A stretch of DNA of 63,502 bases. Source: an uncultured Treponemataceae bacterium (GTDB lineage Bacteria; Spirochaetota; Spirochaetia; Treponematales; UBA12059). The translations under genes and the position numbers were made by a program. Shown here in pieces: positions 38,828-48,153 of the stretch. The notes below the pieces were generated by a model. That model was not told where the DNA came from. It saw only the letters and a list, made by a program, of their open reading frames with translations, and searched no databases. Location: positions 1 through 63,502 of the forward strand of contig CAZVTR010000006.1 of the NCBI GenBank assembly GCA_964630305.1, in the 5' to 3' direction. Position 1 is the stretch's first letter. Every line of letters begins with the position of its first letter.

Positions 38828-39982
38828 CTAAAAATGTATCAGCATTAACGTTGCATCGTCTTTAAATTGTTTTTCTTCCTGTTTGTTTTGCAGGTATTCC
38901 ATGAGCGTTTGAGCAGGCGTGCCGGCTGCGATGATTTGTGCAAGCTGGCCGCATGCTTCATTGTTAACCGATGCTGCATTTTTATATTCAGTAACTCCGT
39001 CGGTCATGATGGCTATGGTATCTCCTTTCTGCATGGTCAGCTGATGCTCGATATAAGTTGCATCCGGAGAAAACCCTAATGCCGGCCCATCCTGGAAGAA
39101 ATATTCAAATGCGCCTGTGTTATAAGAAACAAGTATGGGCGGCAGTCCTGCATTCGAGAGCTGTACTTGTTTTGTAGCAGGATCAATAAACAGCGCAGAA
39201 AATGCAATAATTGTATCAGGTGAAGCAGTAAGCAAGAGCAGAATCTCTTTGTTGAGCTTTGCTAAAAAATCTCTCGGCGACGTAAAGCTAAAGTCTCCTA
39301 AAAGCCGCTGACTTTGTATGAGCGTTTTGAGCATTACAGTGACAAGAGCGGGTTTGATTCCGTGTCCAGAAACATCTCCCATTAAAATGACAACTCTTCC
39401 GTCTTTGAGAGTAAACGCATCGTAGTAATCGCCGCCGCATCCAATAGTTTTCTGCGGGTGATACTCTACTGCTATAAATGGATACGCAGGGGCCGTCTCA
39501 TGCAGACTGAGCATAGCCTTTTGAAACGCGCTGGCAGTCTCAAGCTGTTTTTCAATTTCGACTCGTAAGCGTGCATTTTCTTTTCTCAGTTTAAATTCAG
39601 CAAGTGCGCTTTCTACTTCCGAAAATAATCTATCTTGATCCCATGGTTTTGGAAGCAGGCTGCGGATATTGGCAGATACGGCGCGGCGAATATCGTCCAT
39701 GTCTGAGTAAGCGGTGAGCAGTGTCGTCTGTATATCCTTATCGAAAGAACGAATGCTCTCAAGGAGTTCTGCTCCATTCATGCCAGGCATACGCAGATCA
39801 GAAATGACCATAAAAACCGTTTCTTGATTGTTTTTAATATACTCTAATCCATGTAAAGGATTTTGAAATGTTTGGATAGAAAATTCAATTTCCGGATGCT
39901 TTATTCGTATTTCTCGTTCGAGGGCTTTTGTTACGCGCGGTTCATCATCAATGATGACTAATTGCAGAATATTCTCATCCAT
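38828..39982 (-). CDS. Response regulator with PP2C/SpoIIE phosphatase output (RsbU-like)
   Basis: REC: 'IIDDEP', 'ISDLRMPGMNG', 'LTAYSD', 'PKPW'. PP2C: 'GGDYYD', 'GDVSGHG', 'TDGVTE', 'DDATL'. Confidence 0.88.
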   Translation of the reverse strand: MDENILQLVIIDDEPRVTKALEREIRIKHPEIEFSIQTFQNPLHGLEYIKNNQETVFMVISDLRMPGMNGAELLESIRSFDKDIQTTLLTAYSDMDDIRRAVSANIRSLLPKPWDQDRLFSEVESALAEFKLRKENARLRVEIEKQLETASAFQKAMLSLHETAPAYPFIAVEYHPQKTIGCGGDYYDAFTLKDGRVVILMGDVSGHGIKPALVTVMLKTLIQSQRLLGDFSFTSPRDFLAKLNKEILLLLTASPDTIIAFSALFIDPATKQVQLSNAGLPPILVSYNTGAFEYFFQDGPALGFSPDATYIEHQLTMQKGDTIAIMTDGVTEYKNAASVNNEACGQLAQIIAAGTPAQTLMEYLQNKQEEKQFKDDATLMLIHF

Positions 39983-40100
39983 ACTTTTTCTCCTTAGTTT
40001 TGAAAGCGATTATAGCACATAATTATGATAGTTGTAAAAAAATGTATGAATATGCATTCTTTTTGCTTGCTATTCAAAATGAGACTGGTATACTGCAAGT

Positions 40101-41933
40101 ATGGAATATAGATTTTTCCTGGTCCTGGCGCCTATTACCGTTTTATTGCTTATTGTTGTAATTGTTCTGCTGTGGAAATTTCGATCTGAGCCGACAGCTC
40201 GTTCACTAGGGCGGTATGCTCTGCTTTGTATCTGGCTCATTGTTACAAACAGCGCAGAACAGCTTGCTGCCACAAAAGAACTGACACTGTTTTTTGCAAA
40301 ACTTTCGTACATCAGTTATTTGCTCCTGCCTTTGTCGTTTGCAGGATTTTGTCTCCGATACACAGGTCATGATAAGTACTTTCCCCCAACACTCTGGGAG
40401 ATTTTAGTTATTATCGCCTTGCTCTGTTATGCAATGGTGATAACGAATGACTTACATCATTTATTCTGGAGAGAGGTTCAATTTGTAGAGATACAGGGCT
40501 TGTTAACGATGCAGCCAAAATATGGTCCGTTTTTTTGGCTGACTGCCGGGTATTGCTGGTCAATTATGTCGATGGCAATGATATTTGTGCTTCGGGCCTA
40601 TAACTTACGGATGGGGCTGCACCGCTTGCGTTCAATCTGGATACTCATTGGATTACATTTGCCTGCCGTTTCTAATTTTATTTACACATTAAAACTTGCA
40701 CCCGCTATACAAAAAGACTACACACCAATCGGTTTTGGCCTCTCTGTTATTGCATTTTTTATTGGCGCTTTTATGGTGCGCGCTATAAAGCTTGTTCCGA
40801 TGGCTCGAGGCGTGGTGCTTGAAGAACTGGAAGAGGGATACATTTTTTTAGATGCTTCAGGACGGCTCACAGACTACAATGTATATGCAGGGCGATTGCT
40901 CAATATTACCGATGCCATGATCGGAAAAATATTTTCTGAGTTGCCGCAGTTAGAGCTTCTCGATAAGGCATTTATTATCAGCGCAGAAGAAAAAAGCGCG
41001 CTTGCATCGGGAGAAACTATTTCGTGGACAGTTCATCAGAATGATAATGTTTTTTTAGTCAAACTCCGGGTAATATACGGTAAATCGGGTTCCCGCGGAA
41101 CAGCAATTCTTATCAGCGACATAACCGAGCGGAGCAAAATGCAGTTTGAGATAGAAACAGCGCGTGCAAATATTTTAAAGCGTGAACGATTTGCGGTCAT
41201 CGGGCGGCTTGCCGCAGACATCGCCCATGAAATTAATAACCCGCTCGGTTTTGTGTGGAGCGGTTTCCGATCACTGCAGGCAATCTGTAAACAAAAGGAA
41301 GCTGAAGGCTGTTTTACACAAGAAGCAAAAGAGATTCTCCAGGAGATTGGCGAAGGATTATCGAGCATTGAGCGTGTTGTAAAGAGCCTGCTGGAATATT
41401 CGCGTCGAGGAGCAATGCTCGATTATGCACCAGCGCCGTACGATTTCGCGCAGGGAATCCATGCTGCAATTGAACTTGCCCGCGGTGATTTTGACCGCTT
41501 TGCAAAAATTGAACTAGAGCTAGAACAGGTACCGCAGCTTGTTGTCAAAGGCAACGAGATAGATCAAGTCATACTCAATATCATTCGTAATGCAGTTGAT
41601 GCAGTGCGAGAACGCTTTTGTCCCGAATTAAAAGACGGCAAGATGTGTGTAGACTTAAGCCAAAAGCCGGGGCTTATCCATGTAAAATTGTACAGGGACG
41701 GCGATGATGCTGTGTGTGAAATATCCAACAACGGCCCTCCGATACGCTCTGAAGATGCAGAGAGAATATTCGAGGCATTCTTTTCCACAAAAGATGAGCG
41801 GAGAGGAACCGGTTTGGGGTTATCCATTGCCAGGGAAATTATTGAGGAGCACCATAGAGGAAAACTGCGGCTCAAGCAGTGTGATCCGGTGACTTTTGAA
41901 ATACGGCTTCCTGTCAATTCGCAACACACATAA
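40101..41933 (+). CDS. Sensor histidine kinase with N-terminal 7TM (HisKA_7TM-like) and PAS-like domains
   Basis: Multiple transmembrane helices, PAS-like 'YIFLDASGRLTDYN', H-box 'IAHEINNPLG', N-box 'NIIRNAVDA', G2 'GTGLGLS'. Confidence 0.88.
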   Translation: MEYRFFLVLAPITVLLLIVVIVLLWKFRSEPTARSLGRYALLCIWLIVTNSAEQLAATKELTLFFAKLSYISYLLLPLSFAGFCLRYTGHDKYFPPTLWEILVIIALLCYAMVITNDLHHLFWREVQFVEIQGLLTMQPKYGPFFWLTAGYCWSIMSMAMIFVLRAYNLRMGLHRLRSIWILIGLHLPAVSNFIYTLKLAPAIQKDYTPIGFGLSVIAFFIGAFMVRAIKLVPMARGVVLEELEEGYIFLDASGRLTDYNVYAGRLLNITDAMIGKIFSELPQLELLDKAFIISAEEKSALASGETISWTVHQNDNVFLVKLRVIYGKSGSRGTAILISDITERSKMQFEIETARANILKRERFAVIGRLAADIAHEINNPLGFVWSGFRSLQAICKQKEAEGCFTQEAKEILQEIGEGLSSIERVVKSLLEYSRRGAMLDYAPAPYDFAQGIHAAIELARGDFDRFAKIELELEQVPQLVVKGNEIDQVILNIIRNAVDAVRERFCPELKDGKMCVDLSQKPGLIHVKLYRDGDDAVCEISNNGPPIRSEDAERIFEAFFSTKDERRGTGLGLSIAREIIEEHHRGKLRLKQCDPVTFEIRLPVNSQHT

Positions 41934-41940
41934 AAAGTAT

Positions 41941-42774
41941 TTACTGCTTTTTATCATGCTTTGCGTACAGGTTTTCCGCTTGTTCAAACGAGCGGAGTAT
42001 GCCCTTAATCATCGAAGCGCTAAACCCTTCATGCTCCATTTCGTTGAGACCGGCAATCGTACAGCCGCGCGGCGTAGTGACCTTATCGATAGCGGATTCT
42101 GGATGCTCATTAAGCTTGAGCAAGAGTTCCGCAGCCCCTTTGGCCGTTTGCGCTGCGATGTGGAGCGCATCATCGGCATGGAAGCCAATTTGAATGCCGC
42201 CCTGAGAAGCCGCGCGAATGGCACGCAAAAAGTATGCGACACCGCAGGCGCCGAGCACGGTTGCAGGAACCATGAGCTGTTCGTCGATGATGAGCGTGGC
42301 GCCGAGCAGGTTAAAGAGCTCTACTGCTTCGAGCAATGCTGCTTTGTGCTGTGGCAATGTTGAAAGACAGGTCATCGATTCCCGGATTGCAATTGCTATG
42401 TTGGGCATAGCTCGAATGACGGGCACAGCAGGGGATATGTATGTGTAGAGTGTGCTGAGCGCTACATCAGTAATTACAGAAATAACTATCTTGTTGTTTG
42501 TAATACCCGCGCCAATTTCCTGCAGCAATTCATCGGTCTGAGCCGGGCGCACTGCAAGAATAATGATATCGGCTTCCGAAACAGCTTTTGAATTATCGGA
42601 AGAAAGCAAAAACCCTTTTTCGCCCAGCGCGCTCAAAAGCTGCGTTTGCTTTCGGGTAAGGATAATTTGTCCCGGTTTATACTTTCGCGATTTTACGAGC
42701 CCTTCTGCAATGGAACAGCCGATATTGCCTGCTCCGATAATGGCAATAGTTTTTTGTGTGGCGCTGTCGTTCAT
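41941..42774 (-). CDS. proC: Pyrroline-5-carboxylate reductase
   Basis: 'IIGAGNIG', 'IILAVRP', 'RAMPN', 'VTTPRGCTIAGL'. Confidence 0.93.
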   Translation of the reverse strand: MNDSATQKTIAIIGAGNIGCSIAEGLVKSRKYKPGQIILTRKQTQLLSALGEKGFLLSSDNSKAVSEADIIILAVRPAQTDELLQEIGAGITNNKIVISVITDVALSTLYTYISPAVPVIRAMPNIAIAIRESMTCLSTLPQHKAALLEAVELFNLLGATLIIDEQLMVPATVLGACGVAYFLRAIRAASQGGIQIGFHADDALHIAAQTAKGAAELLLKLNEHPESAIDKVTTPRGCTIAGLNEMEHEGFSASMIKGILRSFEQAENLYAKHDKKQ

Positions 42775-42858
42775 GAGATCCTCCGCATAGATTATTTACT
42801 GTAGTTATTCAGTATACTGCATAAACAAGCAGTATGTCATTTAAGAGAGTACGTAAAT

Positions 42859-42887
42859 TTGACAGGCAAGGCTTTTTATAGTACCAT
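42859..42887 (+). promoter_or_regulatory. Sigma-70 promoter of the toxin-antitoxin operon
   Basis: TTGACA (42859-42864), 17 nt, TACCAT (42882-42887). GTAC cores at 42849 and 42881 could be autoregulatory operator half-sites. Confidence 0.6.
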
Positions 42888-42906
42888 AATAAGACTGGAG
42901 GCTAAA

Positions 42907-43191
42907 ATGAATGTAAACTTTAAGAAAGATATTAAGCCGATATCATATCTTAAGACAAATGCCGCAGAGATGATGAAATATGTAAATGAAAATCGAAATC
43001 CAGTTATTATCACACAGAATGGTGAGGCAAAAGCAGTTCTAATGGATATTGATTCTTATCAAAACATGCAAAACGCTTTTGCTTTATTAAATATCATTAA
43101 AATATCTGAAGATGAAATAAAAAAAGGCAATGTTCAAGATTCAGAAGAAGTATTCACTGAGTTAAAAAATAAATATTTCAAGGAACACTAA
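42907..43191 (+). CDS. Type II antitoxin, Phd/YefM family
   Basis: 'IKPISYLKTNAAEMMKYVNENRNPVIITQNGEAKAVLMD'; ATG 42907 follows GGAGG. Confidence 0.88.
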   Translation: MNVNFKKDIKPISYLKTNAAEMMKYVNENRNPVIITQNGEAKAVLMDIDSYQNMQNAFALLNIIKISEDEIKKGNVQDSEEVFTELKNKYFKEH

Positions 43192-43520
43192 TGGAATATA
43201 GAGTTATTATTCCAAACAGCGTAAAAAAAGATATTGAAGAGATTATCGAATATTATATTGTAGAAAAACCAGATTACGCACAAAAGATATTTGAATCAAT
43301 TATCTCAAGAATTAATTCATTAAAATATTTTCCACAAAAAGGAAGAGTTGTCCCTGAACTGTTAGAATATAATATAAATGAATATCGAGAACTCATAGAA
43401 TCGTATTGGCGAATTATATATAGAATAGAAAATAATCATGTTGAACTATTCACTATTATTGATTCCAGAAGAAATGTACAAGATTTATTGGTTGAAAAGT
43501 TAAAAAGAAAAGTCATCTAA
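43191..43520 (+). CDS. Type II toxin, RelE/ParE family
   Basis: 'DIEEIIEYY', 'INSLKYFPQKGRVVPEL', 'YRELI', 'WRIIYRIE', 'TIIDSRR'; 1-bp TAATG overlap with the antitoxin. Confidence 0.88.
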   Translation: MEYRVIIPNSVKKDIEEIIEYYIVEKPDYAQKIFESIISRINSLKYFPQKGRVVPELLEYNINEYRELIESYWRIIYRIENNHVELFTIIDSRRNVQDLLVEKLKRKVI

Positions 43521-43591
43521 CATCAGCTAATTTATGAAGATTCGTTCTGTTGGTTATACTGTCGTTTGTTTTATTGCTTTGATGGTTGGAT
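43515..43591 (+). mobile_element. Degenerate integron attC-like site
   Basis: R'' ATCTAAC (RYYYAAC) contains the toxin stop codon; R' GTTGGAT (GTTRRRY) lies 77 bp away. The arms are partly complementary (AAC-ATCA-GC / GC-TT-TGATG-GTT); the centre folds poorly. Confidence 0.4.
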
Positions 43592-43658
43592 AACATAAAG
43601 AAGATATATAAAAATAAGCTATTTTTGTGGTACGATTTTGATGAGGCAATTCGATAGA

Positions 43659-43685
43659 TTGACAAGTACAATTTTTTTTTATACT
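43659..43685 (+). promoter_or_regulatory. Sigma-70 promoter with a T9 tract in a short (15-nt) spacer
   Basis: TTGACA (43659-43664), AGTACAATTTTTTTT, TATACT (43680-43685); upstream of RBS AAGGAGG and the lipoprotein ATG. Confidence 0.6.
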
Positions 43686-43721
43686 GACACAATATAGTTT
43701 TGTCGAAGGAGGATAGATATT

Positions 43722-44564
43722 ATGAGAAATTATTTAAGATTTTTTGAGTCATTTTTGTTATTTGTTACATTAATATCTTGTGTAAGCACAGGTAATGAAA
43801 AAAAACAGCAAAATGCACTTGATTTTCAATATTCTGGTTATGATGATTCTAAAAATATTGTTACAATTCTATATCAATTAATTCAAACAGAAAAGAAAAC
43901 GATTGAAAATAGTATTTGGAAGTATTCATACACAGACGTAGAAAAAATAGTTAATTTTTATAATACCAACACTATTACAATATATAATGTTTTTGGTGGT
44001 GATAAAATATCCTATTATACTTATAATATTGATATTTCATTGGTGGAAGGACAATTAAAATTCTCTTTCAGCAAACCAGTTAGAAAAAAGGAAAACAGTT
44101 CCAATAGTTCTAGTATAATAAATGCAATGTATGATATTCCTGTTTCATATAACTATGAACCTGTAGCAATGTATTTAGCAGAAAAAATAAAAGAAGCACA
44201 AAATAATCAAATATTGTATGACCAGTCGAAATCGGCTTTGTTTTCAGATTTAGATTTCTTGGTAAGATATGTGATAAGTCTTACTGATATTCAATTTAAA
44301 AAATTTTGTGAAGAAGAAAATTTTACAATAAAAGTTGAATTTAAATTGACGGTTGATTCAATTGTTGAGAATAAAAATGAAAATTATAAAGAGTATAAAT
44401 ATTTAGTTAGGGAATTACTAGATCCTCTATTAAATGTACATGTCGAATTCTATACAAACAATAAAGAAATTGCAATGACGTCAAGAGGAACAAAGATAAC
44501 AATTAAAGGTGTACTTGGTTTTGAAAGAAGATTAACTGGTGATTATATAGTAGTGAAAGAATAG
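43722..44564 (+). CDS. Hypothetical AT-rich lipoprotein
   Basis: Spirochaete-type signal ending 'TLISC'; strong RBS; 280-aa ORF. The C-terminus may be an OB-fold (weak). Confidence 0.7.
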   Translation: MRNYLRFFESFLLFVTLISCVSTGNEKKQQNALDFQYSGYDDSKNIVTILYQLIQTEKKTIENSIWKYSYTDVEKIVNFYNTNTITIYNVFGGDKISYYTYNIDISLVEGQLKFSFSKPVRKKENSSNSSSIINAMYDIPVSYNYEPVAMYLAEKIKEAQNNQILYDQSKSALFSDLDFLVRYVISLTDIQFKKFCEEENFTIKVEFKLTVDSIVENKNENYKEYKYLVRELLDPLLNVHVEFYTNNKEIAMTSRGTKITIKGVLGFERRLTGDYIVVKE

Positions 44565-44573
44565 ATTTTGAAT

Positions 44574-44611
44574 CTTTACCTGCCAGTATCTTAAATACCT
44601 AGCAGGTAAAG
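44574..44611. terminator. Stem-loop downstream of the lipoprotein gene
   Basis: CTTTACCTGC (44574-44583) / GCAGGTAAAG (44602-44611), extendable by an inner AGTAT/ATAC pairing. Confidence 0.6.
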
Positions 44612-45200
44612 GTATTTACTTTAAATAATTTTAGCTCATATATTTGTTTTTTTTAGGAAGTCAATGTTTAACTGGGGGTTAACATTTCCGAGGTTTCTTT
44701 TTTAAATAATAAAAATTAGTTTTATTTTATCAAGAAACTAATTTAGTGTTATGTCAGCTTTGATTTTGAATGCAGTAATAAAAATCTTGGAATAATAGAC
44801 ATGAATTATGAAAAACATTTATGCGAACAAAGTTAAATTGTTGATTTGAATAAATTGATACTAAAGCTTCCATAAAATATATTTATTCAAATTATATAAT
44901 ACAAAAAACAAGTTGTTTTATTAAAAGATTTTATTATAGCATTTCTTAATATAAAATGCACTTATAAATTATAGCCGGCCCTATTTCAAAAAATCATACA
45001 ATCAATTGTTATTCATATTAGTTTTTGCAGTATAATAATATCTTCATTGTCTAAGCATGGTACCTTAAATTCCTCCGCTCCTTTTCCCATACTCTTTTCT
45101 CCAAAAATAGTGTATAATGTGTCCGTTTGTGGTTCTCTGGCTTGTTTGGCCGCTGAGATGCCATGGAAATTATCAAAGCTGTGCGGAGGAGGCATTGCTC

Positions 45201-46688
45201 ATGGAAAAGTATATTTTAGCACTGGATCAAGGAACTACCACTTCACGGGCAATAGTATTTAATGAAATAGGAATGATTTTGGGAGTCAAACAGCTCCCCT
45301 TTAACCAGATATACCCGCAGCCTGGCTGGGTTGAGCATGATCCTGAGGAAATCTGGAAAACGCAGTATGAGGCTGCTCTCGGAGCAATGGAAGCCGCGCA
45401 GATTACCTCAAATCAGATTGCGGCAATTGGCATCACAAACCAGCGGGAAACGTGTGTGCTGTGGGATAAAAAAACCGGCGCGCCGGTTTATAATGCAATA
45501 GTCTGGCAGTGCCGGCGTTCTGCCCCGATATGCCAGGAGCTTAAAGCGCTTGGGTATGAAAAGGAAATCCGTGAGCGCACAGGGCTTTTACTCGATCCGT
45601 ATTTTTCTGGCACAAAGCTCATGTGGCTCTTTGACAACGTGAGCGGACTCCGCACCAAAGCGGAACGCGGCGATATTCTTTTTGGCACAATCGACAGCTG
45701 GCTCATTTATAAGCTCACTGGCAAGCATGTAACCGATCCGACAAATGCATCGCGAACCCTGCTCTTTAACATTCACGAGGGCCGATGGGATGAGGATATA
45801 CTCAAAATAATGAAAATACCTCCATCGATATTGCCGACAGTGCTACCGAGCTCTTCCGATTTTGGTTTTACAAAAAAAGATTTGTTTGGATCAGAGATAC
45901 CGGTAACCGGCTGTGCAGGGGATCAGCAGGCTGCTTTGTTTGGCCATGCGTGTTTTGAAGCCGGAGCATCCAAAAACACCTATGGCACCGGTTGTTTCAC
46001 GCTGATGAACACAGGTCCTACTGCAATTACTTCAAAGCATAACCTGCTCACAACAATTGCATGGGATCTTGGCAAAGGCTTTACGTACGCGCTTGAAGGT
46101 TCTGTGTTTATTGGCGGAGCGGTTGTGCAATGGCTCAGAGATGAGCTTGGTATTATAGCCGAATCAGCAGAGATAGAAAAACTTGCCCGTTCGGTACCCG
46201 ACAATGGCGGCGTGGTGATTGTACCTGCATTTGTGGGTATGGGAGCTCCGTACTGGGATCCGGAAGCCCGCGGCGCAGTACTCGGCATTACACGCGGCAC
46301 ATCGAAAGCGCATTTTGCACGAGCCGCGCTCGAAGCTATAGCTTATCAATCACGCGACTTGCTCGTTGCAATGGAAAACGATTTAGGTTCACCAATACCG
46401 TTTATTAAGGCCGATGGCGGTGCAAGTGCTAATAATTTCCTCATGCAATTCCAGTCCGATATTCTCGATAAGCCGGTTATACTGCCTGAAGTGTCAGAAG
46501 TAACTGCGCTCGGTGCGGCATACCTTGCAGGGCTTCGTGTCGGGTACTGGGCAAGCACTGAGGAAGTAGAGCGCAACTGGAGAAAGAAACGTGAGTTTAT
46601 TCCGGCAATGACCAAGGAAGCTCGCGAGAAGCTCATCGTGCGTTGGAATAAAGCAGTTGAAGTAACACGTTCGTTTGTTTGCTGTTGA
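45201..46688 (+). CDS. glpK: Glycerol kinase
   Basis: '[11 protein letters not shown]', 'GWVEHDP', 'GITNQRET', 'AIVWQCRR', 'DPYFSGTK', 'GDQQAALFG', 'KNTYGTGCF', 'YALEGS', 'ADGGASAN'; ATG 45201 follows GGAGGAGG. Confidence 0.96.
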   Translation: MEKYILALDQGTTTSRAIVFNEIGMILGVKQLPFNQIYPQPGWVEHDPEEIWKTQYEAALGAMEAAQITSNQIAAIGITNQRETCVLWDKKTGAPVYNAIVWQCRRSAPICQELKALGYEKEIRERTGLLLDPYFSGTKLMWLFDNVSGLRTKAERGDILFGTIDSWLIYKLTGKHVTDPTNASRTLLFNIHEGRWDEDILKIMKIPPSILPTVLPSSSDFGFTKKDLFGSEIPVTGCAGDQQAALFGHACFEAGASKNTYGTGCFTLMNTGPTAITSKHNLLTTIAWDLGKGFTYALEGSVFIGGAVVQWLRDELGIIAESAEIEKLARSVPDNGGVVIVPAFVGMGAPYWDPEARGAVLGITRGTSKAHFARAALEAIAYQSRDLLVAMENDLGSPIPFIKADGGASANNFLMQFQSDILDKPVILPEVSEVTALGAAYLAGLRVGYWASTEEVERNWRKKREFIPAMTKEAREKLIVRWNKAVEVTRSFVCC

Positions 46689-46737
46689 TGGTTTTCGTAT
46701 ATAGTTAGTTATTTTAATATAATTATTTGGAGGAGTT

Positions 46738-47223
46738 ATGCAGATTGATACCGTTCAGCTCGTATGGAAAAAAGATGCAAACATAATCATAGGGCAGTCT
46801 CATTTTATTAAAACCGTGGAAGATATAGCGGAGATTATGGCATCGACCAATCCGGGAATTAAGTATGGACTTGCGTTTAATGAAGCATCGGGGCCGTGTC
46901 TTGTCAGAACAGAAGGCAATGACCCGGAGCTCATAAAGGATGCAGAAGCATGCGCATTAAAAATCGGAGCTGGGCATACATTTTATTTAATACTTGGGAG
47001 CGGCGGCTATCCCATCAATGTGCTCGATAGAATTAAAATGTGCCAGGAAGTCTGCAGGATATTCTGTGCAACCGCGAATCCGGTGCAGGTAATTGTTGCA
47101 CGAACAGAACAAGGTGCAGGCATTTTAGGCGTTATCGATGGCAATAGCCCCAAGGGTGTTGAGCAGGAAAACGATAAAGCAGACCGCAAGGCAATGCTGA
47201 GGCGGTTTGGATATAAATTTTAA
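46738..47223 (+). CDS. DUF355 / 'adenosine-specific kinase' family protein
   Basis: 'NIIIGQSHFIKTVED', 'GLAFNEASG', 'GAGHTF', 'PINVL', 'IFCATANP', 'GVIDG'. Confidence 0.88.
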   Translation: MQIDTVQLVWKKDANIIIGQSHFIKTVEDIAEIMASTNPGIKYGLAFNEASGPCLVRTEGNDPELIKDAEACALKIGAGHTFYLILGSGGYPINVLDRIKMCQEVCRIFCATANPVQVIVARTEQGAGILGVIDGNSPKGVEQENDKADRKAMLRRFGYKF

Positions 47224-47268
47224 GTAACAGTTATTTGAACTTTTCAAACGAAAAAGGAGTATCGAGCA

Positions 47269-48153
47269 ATGCAGATTCAAGGAGTTAAAATAGCATTTAT
47301 TGGCACCGGTGTAATGGGAGCAAGCATGGCAAGGCATCTTATGCATGCTGGCGCACAGGTTACCGTTTATAATAGAACAAAAGCAAAAGCAGAACCGCTC
47401 ATTGCAGAGGGCGCCCAATGGGCCGAAACTATTCCCGAAGCTGTCCGCGGAAAAGCGGTAGTTTTTACCATGGTCGGATATCCAGCGGACGTTGAGGCAG
47501 TCTATCTTGGTCCAGAAGGGATTCTGCAGCATGCAGCCCCCGGTACGATAGTGGTAGATCATACCACAAGTGATCCAGCGCTCGCAGCGCGCATAGCGCA
47601 AGCGGCTGAACAAAAGTCAATGCTCGCGCTGGATGCACCGGTATCAGGCGGCGATATCGGCGCAAAAAATGCGACACTGACCATTATGGTCGGAGGTTCC
47701 AAAACTGCGTTTGACGAAGTTCTGCCATTCTTTGAAGTGATGGGCAAAAAGATAGTGCTTCAGGGAGGACCGGGAGCAGGACAGCATACAAAAATGGCAA
47801 ACCAGATAGCGATTGCAGGTTCGCTGACCGGAGCAGTTGAGGCTATCCGTTATGCGGAAGCAGCAGGGCTCGAACCATTGCGTGTGCTCGAAAGCATTGG
47901 CGGCGGATCGGCACAGAGCTGGCAGCTTGTTAACATGGTTCCGCGCATGCTCAACGGAGATTTTGAGCCCGGTTTTTATGCAAAGCATTTCCTAAAAGAT
48001 TTACGCATAGCCCTCGATAATGCAAAAAAAATGAATCTGCGGCTGCCCTTGCTTGAATTGGCCGAACAATTCTTTACAAAAGCTTCTGATAAGGGTTTCG
48101 GAGAAAAAGGAACTCAAATACTCTACCACCTCTATAAGAATGGGATGATCTAA
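47269..48153 (+). CDS. NAD(P)-dependent beta-hydroxyacid dehydrogenase (3-hydroxyisobutyrate / tartronate semialdehyde reductase family)
   Basis: 'FIGTGVMGASMA', 'DAPVSGGDIGA', 'GAGQHTKMANQ', 'FLKDLRIAL'. Confidence 0.88.
   Translation: MQIQGVKIAFIGTGVMGASMARHLMHAGAQVTVYNRTKAKAEPLIAEGAQWAETIPEAVRGKAVVFTMVGYPADVEAVYLGPEGILQHAAPGTIVVDHTTSDPALAARIAQAAEQKSMLALDAPVSGGDIGAKNATLTIMVGGSKTAFDEVLPFFEVMGKKIVLQGGPGAGQHTKMANQIAIAGSLTGAVEAIRYAEAAGLEPLRVLESIGGGSAQSWQLVNMVPRMLNGDFEPGFYAKHFLKDLRIALDNAKKMNLRLPLLELAEQFFTKASDKGFGEKGTQILYHLYKNGMI

Noticed and set aside
42814-42835. Inverted repeat ATACTGC-N8-GCAGTAT with LexA-like CTG-N10-CAG spacing; shares AAGCAGTATG with the 3774 terminator
   Set aside because: The CTGT/ACAG core is not matched, the host is unlikely to use the E. 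coli box, and two 10-mer matches do not make a repeat family. It may simply be part of the proC promoter.
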